IMG/VR virus record: IMGVR_UViG_3300043219_000566
Location: 152,502-216,501 of that record
DNA length: 64,000 bases
Strand: one strand, 5' to 3'
Shown here: positions 9,135-19,700 of the stretch, one piece after another
Position numbering within the stretch: position 1 is the stretch's first letter
Layout: each line of letters opens with the position of its first letter
Notes under the pieces: model-generated
What the model was told of the DNA's origin: nothing
Seen by the model: the letters and a program-made list of their open reading frames with translations, nothing else
Databases searched by the model: none
Program-made: the position numbers and the translations under genes

Positions 9135-9139
9135 AGTTA

Positions 9140-9331
9140 CTATCCGTGACGATTGACAAACCGCGGATTCGAGCCGAGTTCACTCAGCGACTGCTGGCAA
9201 CGGGCTTGCTTCTCCGACGCGCACCGTGGGCACTTCGCCGCGCCGTCTACCAGCACGTTCGCAGTCCCGGCGCAATCAGGCGTGCTGCAAGGCGTCACAG
9301 ATGGTTCAACCACGTTCTTCTTGTTCATCAT
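9140..9331 (-). CDS. Small Cys-rich hypothetical protein
   Basis: GGAGG RBS; C-x4-C...CPRC followed by EKQA. Confidence 0.5.
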   Translation of the reverse strand: MMNKKNVVEPSVTPCSTPDCAGTANVLVDGAAKCPRCASEKQARCQQSLSELGSNPRFVNRHG

Positions 9332-10145
9332 GCTCAACAGCCTCCGGCTGCTCATCTGCGCGGGGCAAAACAACCAGGGTACCGACGCCTGGGATAACTG
9401 TCGTCAGTCCAAAATGCCGAACGGTGAACTCCTTGAAGCTACTGTCGTCCATCGGCACCTTGAGCTTAAACGTCTGGTCCATAGGCGGTTCGTACGCCAA
9501 GTCTCCGTCACCTACCCCGGCAGTATACAAAAGCGCGATGTGTTTCTCGCAAATAATAACGTCCGTCGCCTTAGAGCGGAAGCGACCAAACCCTCCCTCC
9601 AAAACGACCAGCACGAACAACTTAGCGCTTTCTTCCCCCGGCGATTTACGCTCGTCCTCCCGGTCGGGCGACAACGCGGCGCGCAACGTAGCCGCCACGT
9701 TCGGATCAGATAACGCAGCCGCTAGCGCCGTCGCGTCGACCGGCGGCGTAGAAACGACCGCTGGACCAGGAACCGCGACTGGCGTAGTTGTTGCCGGAGC
9801 TGATGGTTGATCACCCACGGGAGCCTCCCTTGCGGGTCGTCCGCTAGTTGGTAGAGGTGGTAACGCACGCGGCACAGCTTGCGCGCAACTCGGCTCGGAA
9901 CGCGATGCCGCCGGATCAGGCGCTGAAGCAGGTTGAACCGGCGACGCGACTGCCTGGCGAACAGGCTCGCCGTCCATCGGCGGATCATCGATCGGCGGCG
10001 GCAAGATCGTCGCGCCCGTGAGCCCCGGCCGACCACCGAAACTGTCCTCGAACGCGTTGGGCACCTTGGTGCCTACGGCCCCAACTTCGACTTCGGAAAC
10101 GACTTCTTTCTTCCAGCCTTGCCCGATGTCTTTGAACTCGGTCAT
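9306..10145 (-). CDS. Hypothetical protein with Pro/Ala-rich linker
   Basis: GGAGGAG RBS + ATG; 279 aa. Confidence 0.7.
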   Translation of the reverse strand: MTEFKDIGQGWKKEVVSEVEVGAVGTKVPNAFEDSFGGRPGLTGATILPPPIDDPPMDGEPVRQAVASPVQPASAPDPAASRSEPSCAQAVPRALPPLPTSGRPAREAPVGDQPSAPATTTPVAVPGPAVVSTPPVDATALAAALSDPNVAATLRAALSPDREDERKSPGEESAKLFVLVVLEGGFGRFRSKATDVIICEKHIALLYTAGVGDGDLAYEPPMDQTFKLKVPMDDSSFKEFTVRHFGLTTVIPGVGTLVVLPRADEQPEAVEHDEQEERG

Positions 10146-10183
10146 TTTTCTCCTCCGCGTGAGTTCGTTGTACCTGATAGCTA

Positions 10184-10227
10184 AGAAAAAAGAAAACGGT
10201 TACCCCGCCAAAAGCGAGGCAACCGTT
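10184..10227 (-). terminator. Rho-independent terminator
   Basis: On the - strand, hairpin AACGGTTGCCTCGC...GCGGGGTAACCGTT followed by TTCTTTTTTC, just after the stop of 10235..11035. Confidence 0.75.
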
Positions 10228-10234
10228 GAGCAAT

Positions 10235-11035
10235 TCATACCGTCGCGCTACTACGCCCGCGTTGCTGGCGCGCGCCACTCAAGCGCACCGGTGGACGCAA
10301 ACTGACGCGAAATGATCCCGCCTCGACATCCAGCGCAGCCGGATTTGAGAAGTGAAGCACAGACGGAACATCTGCTACTACCACTACGGCATCGTGCGAG
10401 ACAATGTGGCTAAGCCAGCGCGCCGGAACCAGTGTCATTCCGTGCTCGTTCTCGGTGTGCTCCCTCAGCAGATCCCGTATCAGAGTCATGATCGTGTTGT
10501 TCGGTATCACGCTACGGAAATGATCCTCCAGATCGAGGAAGGGAATTTCCGGCAGGATGCGCGGGCGCATCCGACGTGACAACTTGTAATCGAACGGCAC
10601 CATGCCATTCAGCCCACGCATCACGTCGTACTCCAGCATATCCCAATCCAGCGGACCAGACCGAGATGTGGAACTGTCGACGTATATCGGCAAATCCACG
10701 CCAAATGGTGCGCGAAGGTCGCGCTGCAACGCGTTTTGCAGCGTCACCAGCGCGTGGTGCGCGCCCCCTAGCCCCCGCACTTGCTTTTTGTACGCTGCGC
10801 TTAAAGCATCTGTATCCCACCACTTGAGACAATGACTTACCAACTTTCCGTGCTCATCCAAGCTCAAGCGCATGCGCGCCAGCCGATAACGAACCACGGT
10901 GTGGCCGCGCCTCCGAATCGGGTCAGGGTACAGACAAAATAACGATGCTTCGCCGAGCGGCACGTACTGCGTCTGATGCCGCGACATCGCTACAACGGCA
11001 ACTGGGTGTCCCATCAACTCTCGATTGTCCTGCAT
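10235..11035 (-). CDS. Hypothetical protein
   Basis: AAGGAG RBS + ATG; 266 aa. Confidence 0.7.
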   Translation of the reverse strand: MQDNRELMGHPVAVVAMSRHQTQYVPLGEASLFCLYPDPIRRRGHTVVRYRLARMRLSLDEHGKLVSHCLKWWDTDALSAAYKKQVRGLGGAHHALVTLQNALQRDLRAPFGVDLPIYVDSSTSRSGPLDWDMLEYDVMRGLNGMVPFDYKLSRRMRPRILPEIPFLDLEDHFRSVIPNNTIMTLIRDLLREHTENEHGMTLVPARWLSHIVSHDAVVVVADVPSVLHFSNPAALDVEAGSFRVSLRPPVRLSGARQQRGRSSATV

Positions 11036-11052
11036 CGCAGACTCCTTCCACG

Positions 11053-11085
11053 AAAAAAAACCCGATGGGCTGCAGTCCCATCGGG
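11053..11085 (-). terminator. Rho-independent terminator
   Basis: CCCGATGGG-actgcag-CCCATCGGG followed by T8 on the - strand. Confidence 0.85.
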
Positions 11086-11112
11086 CCAGGTCACGTTGAC
11101 AACGCGTCGACG

Positions 11113-11547
11113 TTATTCGCTAGGTGGTTCCGGAGTTGTAATCGGTGTAATGACATCACCCGACACATTCACGGAATGATCAGCGCTAGACAGCTGCACA
11201 CGCGTCGTTTGCACGACGTTGCCCGTCAGCTGGTGCCCGTAAAAGGCGTAAGTCGTCACCGCGTCCCGGCGCTGGCGAGCCGCGGCAAAAGCCTCCAAAA
11301 AAGCCTCTTCGTCGTCAAAGACTGTTAGTTCGTCCCGGCGCTCACCCACGATCAGCAAGTGGTATTGCTCGCCGAGCGAAGCATCCGCTTCCCCAGCAAC
11401 TTGCGGTTCTCCGGAACTCTCCTCCAGAAGAGGCGACTCCAGGCCAGGAATCTCAGCCGCCGTGGGTGAAGGCAGCGAGCTATCGTGGTCCGCCAGCGCC
11501 TCGGCAAAACCGGGCGCGACCTGATCATCTGGGGTTTTCTTAACCAC
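11113..11547 (-). CDS. Acidic hypothetical protein
   Basis: Coupled to the upstream ORF and followed by a terminator. Confidence 0.65.
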   Translation of the reverse strand: MVKKTPDDQVAPGFAEALADHDSSLPSPTAAEIPGLESPLLEESSGEPQVAGEADASLGEQYHLLIVGERRDELTVFDDEEAFLEAFAAARQRRDAVTTYAFYGHQLTGNVVQTTRVQLSSADHSVNVSGDVITPITTPEPPSE

Positions 11548-12097
11548 CGTGCGCTCCCGGATTAGGCAGCGGAGCCGCTGGGAAAGTCGCAGCTCCTTCA
11601 GCAGCGCCTGGTGCTACCGGAGCAGTATCACCCAACTGGTCTACCTTGACAGGCGTGATGCCACCACCAACAGGCGGCGTACCGGCCGGGGCCGCATTTG
11701 CTGCCTGTCCAGTAGGCAACGGACCAGGAGCTGCACCCGGAGCACCTCCGCCAGGCGAATTGATCCCACGTAGCAGGCGCTCCACCTGCTCGCGGTAAGA
11801 CAACTCCAGCATTCCCTGGTCCCGACGGCTCATAACAGACGCGCACAGTACGTGCAACATTGTGATCCGGTTCGGAGCTTCCTGAATCTGAAGCGTCGTA
11901 ATGGAACACGCGCCGTGCGGGTTCATGTCCCGCGAATCAGCCCATTCGTTGAACTGCTCGCTCACCGGCTTGTCCCGGGAAATCACGGTCCACTGATTAG
12001 ACTGCGCGTCCAGCTCCCACGTTTCACGTGCAGTCATCTCGACCAGGCGCACCTCGGCGTTAAGCATTGGCTGTGCTGACATCGTTCCCTGCCTCAC
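11540..12097 (-). CDS. Hypothetical protein
   Basis: Operon-like overlaps with neighbours. Confidence 0.6.
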   Translation of the reverse strand: MRQGTMSAQPMLNAEVRLVEMTARETWELDAQSNQWTVISRDKPVSEQFNEWADSRDMNPHGACSITTLQIQEAPNRITMLHVLCASVMSRRDQGMLELSYREQVERLLRGINSPGGGAPGAAPGPLPTGQAANAAPAGTPPVGGGITPVKVDQLGDTAPVAPGAAEGAATFPAAPLPNPGAHGG

Positions 12098-12360
12098 TTG
12101 CTAGAAGAATCTGGTCTCTCTTCTCCCCGCTCAATAACGGGCTTAACTTCCTCGTTGCGATGCAAGATCGTGAGCTTGCCCTTACCACTTACCTGGAAGA
12201 CACCACGATCAAGCACGTTACCCTTGCTGTCAGCCACCACTAGCGTGCCCAGTACGGCCGGACCAACGGAGCTGTAGAACCGCGGAGTAATCGTCATGCT
12301 CTTGGCGTCGCCCTTAACGCCCGCGTCGATTTCGGACGGTGGCAGAAATCTAACTTCCAC
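12094..12360 (-). CDS. Hypothetical protein
   Basis: Operon-like overlaps with neighbours. Confidence 0.6.
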   Translation of the reverse strand: MEVRFLPPSEIDAGVKGDAKSMTITPRFYSSVGPAVLGTLVVADSKGNVLDRGVFQVSGKGKLTILHRNEEVKPVIERGEERPDSSSK

Positions 12361-12943
12361 TTTCGATTCTCCCTTGGCACTTTAGAACCATGTCGGACAT
12401 CTCGACAATCCGCTGATGCGGCTTATTCCACCACAACTTAGCGGGATAGCCGCCTTTGACGTTCATGCGGCCGCGATTGCCGTCTGGCAGAAACACGGTC
12501 AAGCGCACCGGCAACTGCCGCGGACGCACAACCGCCCCCACGTCAGCGGTGCCCTCTACGTTAATCGCTTGCGCTGAAACTTGCCACACGACTTGCTTCG
12601 TGAACGAAACAAACAAGACCGTCGACAGGTAGTGACAGAAATCATCCCAGACCTCCGTAGCAAGACCCTCGACATAACGACCCCAGCGGCCCAGACCCGC
12701 GACCACAGTGCGCTGGTAGTCCACCAGAAGACGCTTCTGCTCTCCAGCCTCGATCTCAAACTGGTCCGGCATCGAGTAGCCCACCCCGGCGTGAACGTAC
12801 AGGGGCGCTAACGTGAAGAACGTGTACTCCTGCAAGTAGGGCTCGATCGACATGGTGCGCACCATCTGCACCTTGCGCCGTCCCGCCCTGGTCTTGTGCG
12901 AAAACTCCTTCTTCCACTGATCTCCGCGCCCAAGCAAATACAT
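12350..12943 (-). CDS. Hypothetical protein
   Basis: ATG overlaps the upstream TGA (TGATG). Confidence 0.65.
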   Translation of the reverse strand: MYLLGRGDQWKKEFSHKTRAGRRKVQMVRTMSIEPYLQEYTFFTLAPLYVHAGVGYSMPDQFEIEAGEQKRLLVDYQRTVVAGLGRWGRYVEGLATEVWDDFCHYLSTVLFVSFTKQVVWQVSAQAINVEGTADVGAVVRPRQLPVRLTVFLPDGNRGRMNVKGGYPAKLWWNKPHQRIVEMSDMVLKCQGRIESGS

Positions 12944-13167
12944 CAGATCGCGACTACCTCGACTTCGCAAAGACAGCGAGTCTCCGGCCGCTGCCACCCG
13001 TCACGATAGCGCTCGTTCTCCGAAGTAACGACTCGGCAGAAATAGCGCCGTTGCTGACGTTGAAAATACGACAGATCGCCGGGGTAAAGCAAGCGCCGCC
13101 GACCCGTCCGGATCGTAAAGCGCTCGCCCACCGCCAGCGGGAAGTTGTTCGGCGGGCGAGCGCTCAT
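12943..13167 (-). CDS. Small hypothetical protein
   Basis: GAGGAG RBS; stop coupled to the next start. Confidence 0.55.
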   Translation of the reverse strand: MSARPPNNFPLAVGERFTIRTGRRRLLYPGDLSYFQRQQRRYFCRVVTSENERYRDGWQRPETRCLCEVEVVAI

Positions 13168-13188
13168 ATCGCACTCCTCTCAGAAGGT

Positions 13189-13842
13189 TCAAATGCCGTA
13201 CGCTTTGTCGAGCCCGAAGGATCGCCACACGCCCCGAACAAACTGGGCCTGTTGCTCCGGATTCTCCGGATTGAACACTGCGCGCAGAGAACCACTCTGG
13301 CGCTGCGCCAGGTGCTTCTCCAGCAGCTCCACCTTAGCGATCGAGAGACCTTCGGAACCCAGTACCAGCCGCGCCGGGTCCCAGACCTCGACGACGTTCC
13401 TGATTGGCTGCGGCATGGACATGAACGCTTCCAGATACAAACCCCAGGACGCAATCAGCTTGCCCTCGCGTGCAGCTTGCACCGCGCATAAGTGCAGCAG
13501 CTTCCGCCCCTCAATGGCCCATAGCCGTAGCGGCGGCACATCGGCATCTCGGTAGTCGGCCAAACGGCCGCTAAGCGAGGTATACAGCTCAACGCCGGTA
13601 CCGTAACCAACTTGTTGACCATCCGCGTCGATCACGCAAGCCGCCTGCACGTCGCCAGCCAGCGGCATTTGAGCTGCCTGCTCCTGACGCAGCTTCCAGG
13701 CCACTTGTAGCCAGTTCTCGATGGTTTCCGGTTTGGTGTAGTTCTTGGGTACCTGGGGCTCGGTCACCAGATCTTTCCAGTTGCTGACCGGCACACACGT
13801 GAAGCCCAGAAACAAATCCTCGTAAAGATCCTTGTTATCCAC
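13189..13842 (-). CDS. PolB-type 3'-5' exonuclease-like fold, probably degenerate
   Basis: PKNYTKPETI...AAQMPLAGDV resembles stand-alone phage PolB-exo proteins; the expected N-terminal DxE reads LGFTCVP. Confidence 0.4.
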   Translation of the reverse strand: MDNKDLYEDLFLGFTCVPVSNWKDLVTEPQVPKNYTKPETIENWLQVAWKLRQEQAAQMPLAGDVQAACVIDADGQQVGYGTGVELYTSLSGRLADYRDADVPPLRLWAIEGRKLLHLCAVQAAREGKLIASWGLYLEAFMSMPQPIRNVVEVWDPARLVLGSEGLSIAKVELLEKHLAQRQSGSLRAVFNPENPEQQAQFVRGVWRSFGLDKAYGI

Positions 13843-14470
13843 TGGTCATCTCCTCTGCTACCGGCGCGCCAGGCGCGCCAACGCCGTGAATGAACACCCG
13901 GCGGCAGTACTCGGCAATGAGCAACGCCGCCGCTTTTTCCGCACTCTTCTGAAGTCGTAGATCTACGCTCGGAAACATCTTGCGAGCCTTAGACAGGTAA
14001 GCCGCGCGCAGCATCTTGGGATCGTCGTGCGCGATCCCCTGCAACATCACTGCCTGCCAAGCCTTGGGCTTGACCAGCTCGTAGCCGACCCCGCGGTCAG
14101 CTAGCGCTTGCTGCAACGCCCAGAACGAGCCACCGAAGGTAAAGGCCCCCGTGACCGAGTCGCGAGGCATAGATGCGACCGCTTCGACCATACCCAGCAC
14201 CTTGCCGGGCAGCGTCACGATACGATCGAACAGACTGGCAATCCCGTTGAAATCGAACTCGCGGTTGTAGCCCTGTACCCGAACGCTTTTCAGCTCGCCG
14301 GTCTTCTTGTCCTTGCGCTTCTTGTAGCGCGCAGCCTTCGGGCTCTCGTTGATCGGAAAGTCCTCGCAGACCAAAACCAAACGATCCCGGCGAATCGCGG
14401 CAACTGCGCCATGTAAGCCGGGATCGATGCCGAGAAAAACGAACTCTGTCTCATCAATTGGTGAACTCAT
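13835..14470 (-). CDS. RuvC-like Holliday junction resolvase
   Basis: LGIDPGLHGAVA, MVEAV, GAFTFG, VKPKAWQ, ALLIAEY. Confidence 0.8.
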   Translation of the reverse strand: MSSPIDETEFVFLGIDPGLHGAVAAIRRDRLVLVCEDFPINESPKAARYKKRKDKKTGELKSVRVQGYNREFDFNGIASLFDRIVTLPGKVLGMVEAVASMPRDSVTGAFTFGGSFWALQQALADRGVGYELVKPKAWQAVMLQGIAHDDPKMLRAAYLSKARKMFPSVDLRLQKSAEKAAALLIAEYCRRVFIHGVGAPGAPVAEEMTSG

Positions 14471-15237
14471 GCTGCTAATTCCGCAAACCTTTCTCGCATC
14501 TCCTTGTAGAGATAATGCGTCATCAGCGTATCCGCGGCCGCGTCGTGTGCAGCGCTGGTATCGATACTGTGCTTCTCCACCAACCCATACTCACGCACAG
14601 CGAACGCTAAATTCCACAACACGCCTCTGGCTCGAATGTCGCGTACCCGGCAGAAGAAATCCCAAACGGGCTCGTCATCGCGCGGTAACAGGCCCAGTCG
14701 ATTGGCCTTGAACATCGCGCCGGTGTCGAACACACGCTCGCGGTCGAACTTGAACGGGAACCCTTCTTTCTGCATGTGGTATTCGACAAACGGGATATCG
14801 AAACCCGTTAAGTTGTGGCCCACCACGACTGCTTCCGGCAGCTGCATCGTTGTCTGCAGCAACTCCCGCAGCACGTGGTAAACCTTGGGGCGAGACACGC
14901 CGTGCTGGCGCACGTCAGCGGCTTTGACATAGCCATCGTTACCGTCGCGGATCTGCCGCTGCACGTACGAACCCTGCTCGTACATGCGCAGCTCGTCCTC
15001 GGGGCACGCTACAAAAATGCCGCCACGGCTAGTGACCTCGGCGCGTATGCACTGCAACCAGCCAAACTGCAGGATACAACCCTGAGCCGGTTGCAACGAA
15101 GTCGTCTCGATGTCCAGCACTAGATAACTATCTGATAGGTTCATGTCTCGCGTCCTCAGAATTTGAGCGATTAGTTGCCACTGCCGTTCGTACGGCATTT
15201 CCCAATCACCCACGTGAGTCGGACGCTTCTCCGTCAT
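14467..15237 (-). CDS. DEDDh 3'-5' exonuclease (DnaQ/epsilon-like)
   Basis: LDIETT (ExoI), GHNLTGFDIPF (ExoII), AHDAAADT (ExoIII). Confidence 0.9.
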   Translation of the reverse strand: MTEKRPTHVGDWEMPYERQWQLIAQILRTRDMNLSDSYLVLDIETTSLQPAQGCILQFGWLQCIRAEVTSRGGIFVACPEDELRMYEQGSYVQRQIRDGNDGYVKAADVRQHGVSRPKVYHVLRELLQTTMQLPEAVVVGHNLTGFDIPFVEYHMQKEGFPFKFDRERVFDTGAMFKANRLGLLPRDDEPVWDFFCRVRDIRARGVLWNLAFAVREYGLVEKHSIDTSAAHDAAADTLMTHYLYKEMRERFAELAA

Positions 15238-15715
15238 TACATGGTTGCTCCGCAAACGCTTCCAACATTGCCAAACACTCTTTCAGATCCTTCTGATTCG
15301 GGTCATGCTCGCCACGATGAAGAGTCTCGCCGTACTTGGAGCAGAACAACGTCGTGAACTGCTCCAGCGCGACAGCACCCACCAACGCGTAAACGCGATG
15401 CGCGCAGAACCCGGACGTCTCGATTGCGCTTTGTAGATCCTCACCCCGCTTGATCACACAGACGATGATCTTGGCAAACATGCGCGCCGCGTTCCCGAGT
15501 TCCTCCTCGGTAATTCCCATGCGCTGCTTGATCGCTCGCCAAGACTCAGGCCAGTCCTCTTCCGGCTGGCTGAGAAGCTGGAAGACCTGCCGCAATAACC
15601 CCGGGTAAACAACGGTGATATCGCGGTTAGGAGACCACCATCGGCCATCGCCGCTACGCTGATCGCGTATCTGCAATAACCCGCGCTTCTGCTGTTGCTT
15701 CGAGCGGCTACCCAT
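15206..15715 (-). CDS. Hypothetical protein
   Basis: AGGAGG RBS + ATG. Confidence 0.65.
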   Translation of the reverse strand: MGSRSKQQQKRGLLQIRDQRSGDGRWWSPNRDITVVYPGLLRQVFQLLSQPEEDWPESWRAIKQRMGITEEELGNAARMFAKIIVCVIKRGEDLQSAIETSGFCAHRVYALVGAVALEQFTTLFCSKYGETLHRGEHDPNQKDLKECLAMLEAFAEQPCNDGEASDSRG

Positions 15716-15725
15716 GAATTGCCTC

Positions 15726-16661
15726 CTACTGCAGCGACACCTTCACGCTCGGAGGGCGTCTCCGACAGTCGGCACACTCGCGCCCGTCGTGATAGGTCTC
15801 TTTACCGCACACCGCACAGGAGACTAGCTTTAACGTCTGCGGCCTGCAAGCGCGCTTGGGCTCCGGGCACGCATCTGCCAGATCGGTGGCATCCGCACCC
15901 AGAGTGCAATTGTGGCAAGACCAGCCGCAACCCACCGGACACAGCTTGACCCGCAGCTCCATCAAATTGCGGTTGTACCCGCCAAACTGGCCGAGCTTGA
16001 CTCGATCGAACGTGATCGCGTTGGTCTCGTACTTCGAGTTAGTCAGCGTAGCTACGAAACGCATGCCGACCAGCTGCGTGCGGTGCCCGGCATAGCGCCG
16101 CCGCGCGCGGTAGTTACCGATACCCAGCTCACGCGCTAACACCCACAGAAAATTGTTCGGAAACCAGCGCAAGAACTGAAACGGGCAATACTCGCCGTCG
16201 ATGACCTTGAAGGTCAGCGTCGTACCGACTCGCGGGTGCGCCCCCCGGCTCCAACCAACCTTGGCATGCACGATCTGCAGCGGTGCGATCACCGCCTGAA
16301 ATACGCCCCGCATGGGTGTAAGAGCGATACCAGCCTTGAGATGTTCGTAATTTGCCGCCAGCCGCCAGCAAACGAACTCGATCTCCTTTTGATCCAGCTC
16401 ACCGCCGTGCAACGCCGCCATCGAAGAATGAATCACACGGAGATCGAGATCGCCGCCCAGCGATCTAGCTGCTTGCTCTGCCAGCTCGAACTGCTGGGCG
16501 ATGTCTTTGCTCAGATCAACTGTAACCCAGGAATTGACCAGCCCGGACTCGCCGGGACCTGCGAACGCCAGACGCTTCGCCCGACGTTCGGTGACGTGGG
16601 GGCGAAACTCCGCGCCCATCACGATCTCCTTTTTCGTCGGGATGAATGTACCGACCGGCAC
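15726..16661 (-). CDS. Hypothetical protein with Cys-rich (zinc-binding) C-terminus
   Basis: CPVGC..CHNC...C..C...CAVC...CADC. Confidence 0.65.
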   Translation of the reverse strand: MPVGTFIPTKKEIVMGAEFRPHVTERRAKRLAFAGPGESGLVNSWVTVDLSKDIAQQFELAEQAARSLGGDLDLRVIHSSMAALHGGELDQKEIEFVCWRLAANYEHLKAGIALTPMRGVFQAVIAPLQIVHAKVGWSRGAHPRVGTTLTFKVIDGEYCPFQFLRWFPNNFLWVLARELGIGNYRARRRYAGHRTQLVGMRFVATLTNSKYETNAITFDRVKLGQFGGYNRNLMELRVKLCPVGCGWSCHNCTLGADATDLADACPEPKRACRPQTLKLVSCAVCGKETYHDGRECADCRRRPPSVKVSLQ

Positions 16662-16714
16662 GGTCCGCGGACGTCACTGGCGCTTGTTCGCACAGGCTCC
16701 GGCAGGGTCGTCAG

Positions 16715-19700
16715 CTAACCACACGCGCCTTCGCCACAGACAGAGCACTTCTGACAACCTTCGGCCCATACCAGCTCTCCCAGACAATCGAGTGTCTGAC
16801 AAGGCACCCGATACGTGCCGGTCATCGCCATAGCGCTATTCACGCGATCCAAAAAAGCCTGAGAGCGCTCGACCCCGTGTCCGTTGCCGCCAGAGACCTG
16901 CGCCGCAGCTACAACAGAAGAAGCGACAGGCTCGGGCCGCTTGTTCGGACCAGGGCGCACATCGGGCAGCTGGGTCAGAAAACCGTCGTCGTCGCGGAAA
17001 GCCTGGGTCTTAGCGAAATAGCTCAACAGCGCCATAGCCAGCTCGTTGGGTGGGCTAGTAGCCTTGTTGCTGCTGCCGTTACGAGAGGGGTGGTTGCCCA
17101 GCACGTGACTACGCATCTGCTCGATAACCAATTCCAGGCTACCGTCCAAGCGCAAGATCAAACTAGCTAAGCGCCCAAAGACCTCGATCATCGGGTGTAC
17201 GCCGTCGCCGGACCGCCCCAGGTTGAAGAACAGCTCTCGCTCGCGATAGCGCCCATCCGGGGTCAGCTCCAGCGAGATCTGCATGTGCAGATTACCGTAA
17301 GCGCTGTGGTAACGCGTGCGTGTCGCGTGCATGAACTCCGGGATCTCGACCGGAACACGGAAGTGCGGAACATCCGGTACGACCAGGACCTCGTCTTGCT
17401 CGCTGGATTTACTCAACGCCATCGGCTGATTCGCTCGACAGCCGTTTCGGTACACCGTCACGCCCTTGCAACGACTCGCGTAAGCCAGAATGTACGCCTC
17501 GCGCACGCTGCTCTCAGTAGCTTCGTGCGGCATGTTGATCGTCTTGCTGATCGAACTCGTCGTATGTCGCTGAAACGCGGCCTGCATCCGCACGTGCCAC
17601 TCCGGGCTCACATCGCGCGCCGTACGGAAAATCTCCTTCATCGGAGCGGGTACCTTCTTGGCATCCTGCAACGTGCCGTTGTCGAACATGTGCTGCTGTA
17701 GCTCCGGGCTATCGAACTGCTGTTGCTGCGCCAACTCAGCGAAATCGGGATGGCACTCCATCATCGTCTCGCCCCCGAGTATCTGGCGCTGGAACACGAA
17801 GCTGAACAACGGCTCGATGCCGCAGCTAGCGTTGGCGATGATGCTGATCGTGCCGGTCGGGGCCACGCTGGTCACGCAGGCATTACGCAGCGGGCGATCG
17901 AGACGCGCAGCCCAACGACTTTGCTCGTAGTTCTCGAACGCACCCCGTTCCTCTGCTAGACCCTGGCTAGCGCTAATCGCATTGTCGTTGACGAACTTCA
18001 TAAAGCGTTCGCCCCACCGCAAGCCCCCCTCCGAGTCGTAACGCACCCCCAGCCGAATCAACGCATCGGCAAAGCCCATGACGCCCAAGCCGATTTTGCG
18101 ATTGGTGTGGCAAATCCGCTCGATGTTCTCAGTGGGGTAGCGATTCACCGATACCACGTTGTCAAGAAGCCGCGTAGAAGTGCAGATGTCATCCTGCAGC
18201 CGGTCCCAGTCCACCAGATCATCACGCTCGTCCGCGCTAAGACTATCCGGGTTACAGGCATCGGGATGCTCGATGTAAAACGGACGCACGTAGCGCCCTA
18301 AGTTGAGCGAGCCCAAGTTACAGGACTCGTTCGGCATCAGCGGCTGTTCCCCGCAGTTACACGACACCACGCCCGACCACAAGCCCGCAGCAGAATCGCC
18401 GCGGTATTCCGGGTCAACGATCACGTAAGTATGCACATCATCGACGGTCCCGTTGTACACGGCAGCACGCCCAGCTGATCGAATCGCAACCACCTTGTGG
18501 TTGTCTCCGTAATAGCGCCTTACACCATCAGCAATCTTGGCATGCACCTCGGCCGCAGCAGTCTTCCAGCCGTGGCGTCCAAACCCGCCTGCCTCGCGCT
18601 CCGGGTAATGACGGCTATTATGTTCTTCCGGCGTCATAACCCGCAGGTTCTCGGGGCGATTGTTGTCCGGGTTTCTATCGATATGGTCGGTTACAAGGCC
18701 CTCGGGTATTTCTACGCCGAAGCAATCCAGCGCCATGCGATGGACCCACTGATGCGCGCAGCGATTAGCCACCCACGCGTGAGCACGCTGGTGGCCGTCG
18801 CGATGCCGCGAGACTGCGTAAGCCCGAACTGACTGCCCGATCCGCAGGTCTTGCGCCGTGATCTTATTGCCACGAAACGTCCGAAAGTTGTGGCCCGCCG
18901 TACAGCGAACTTTGAGCCCGCTGTCGAACTCGACCTCGATGATGTCTGCGGCGTGCTCTGTTCGCCGAATATCACGCATCATGCGGATTACAGGCAGCTT
19001 AGTATCGGAGTCCCACGCATGAACCAACGTGCTCCCGACGCCGGATTCGACCAGCTCCTCAAATGAACGCGGGCCGTCAATAGTCAAGATCTGCGTATCG
19101 CCAGTTACGCATGGATTAGTAGCTTGGATCAACCCCGCCGCAGGCGTAGCTTCCGACTCCCGGATACGGTCGATGAAGAACAACCCCGGTTCACCGGTCT
19201 GCCAGGCATTCTTGACGATCAAGTCCATCACATCGCCAACCGTCAGATATTGATCCTGCTCTCCAGCGACAATTGCCTGGCCCGTCAGCGTCAGATCCTG
19301 AATGCCGTAGCAAATATCCATCTCCCGCGGCTGCCCGTCGCTGGCAACTCCCGCCTGCACCGCTTTACGGCACCGCTCAACGATCTCTTTGGGTATAAGC
19401 CAGCCGTCCCCCTCGCGATCCGGCCAAGTCACGATGAAAGGCGCTCCCGGACGCTTGGTAACGAGTTCCATGAACTCGTCGTCGACCTTCACGCTGATGT
19501 TGTAGTTCTCGAACTGGCGCAAGTCCTGCTTAGCGAACAGGAACTTGATGATATCGGGATGGTTGACCCGCATCATCGCCATGTTGGCTCCCCGGCGGAA
19601 ACTGCCCTGCTGGATCGCCGACGTAGCCTCGCTGAACACGCGCCAGAACGCAATCGGGCCGCTGGACTGCCCGCCGCTCGAACTGACGAACGCCCCACAG

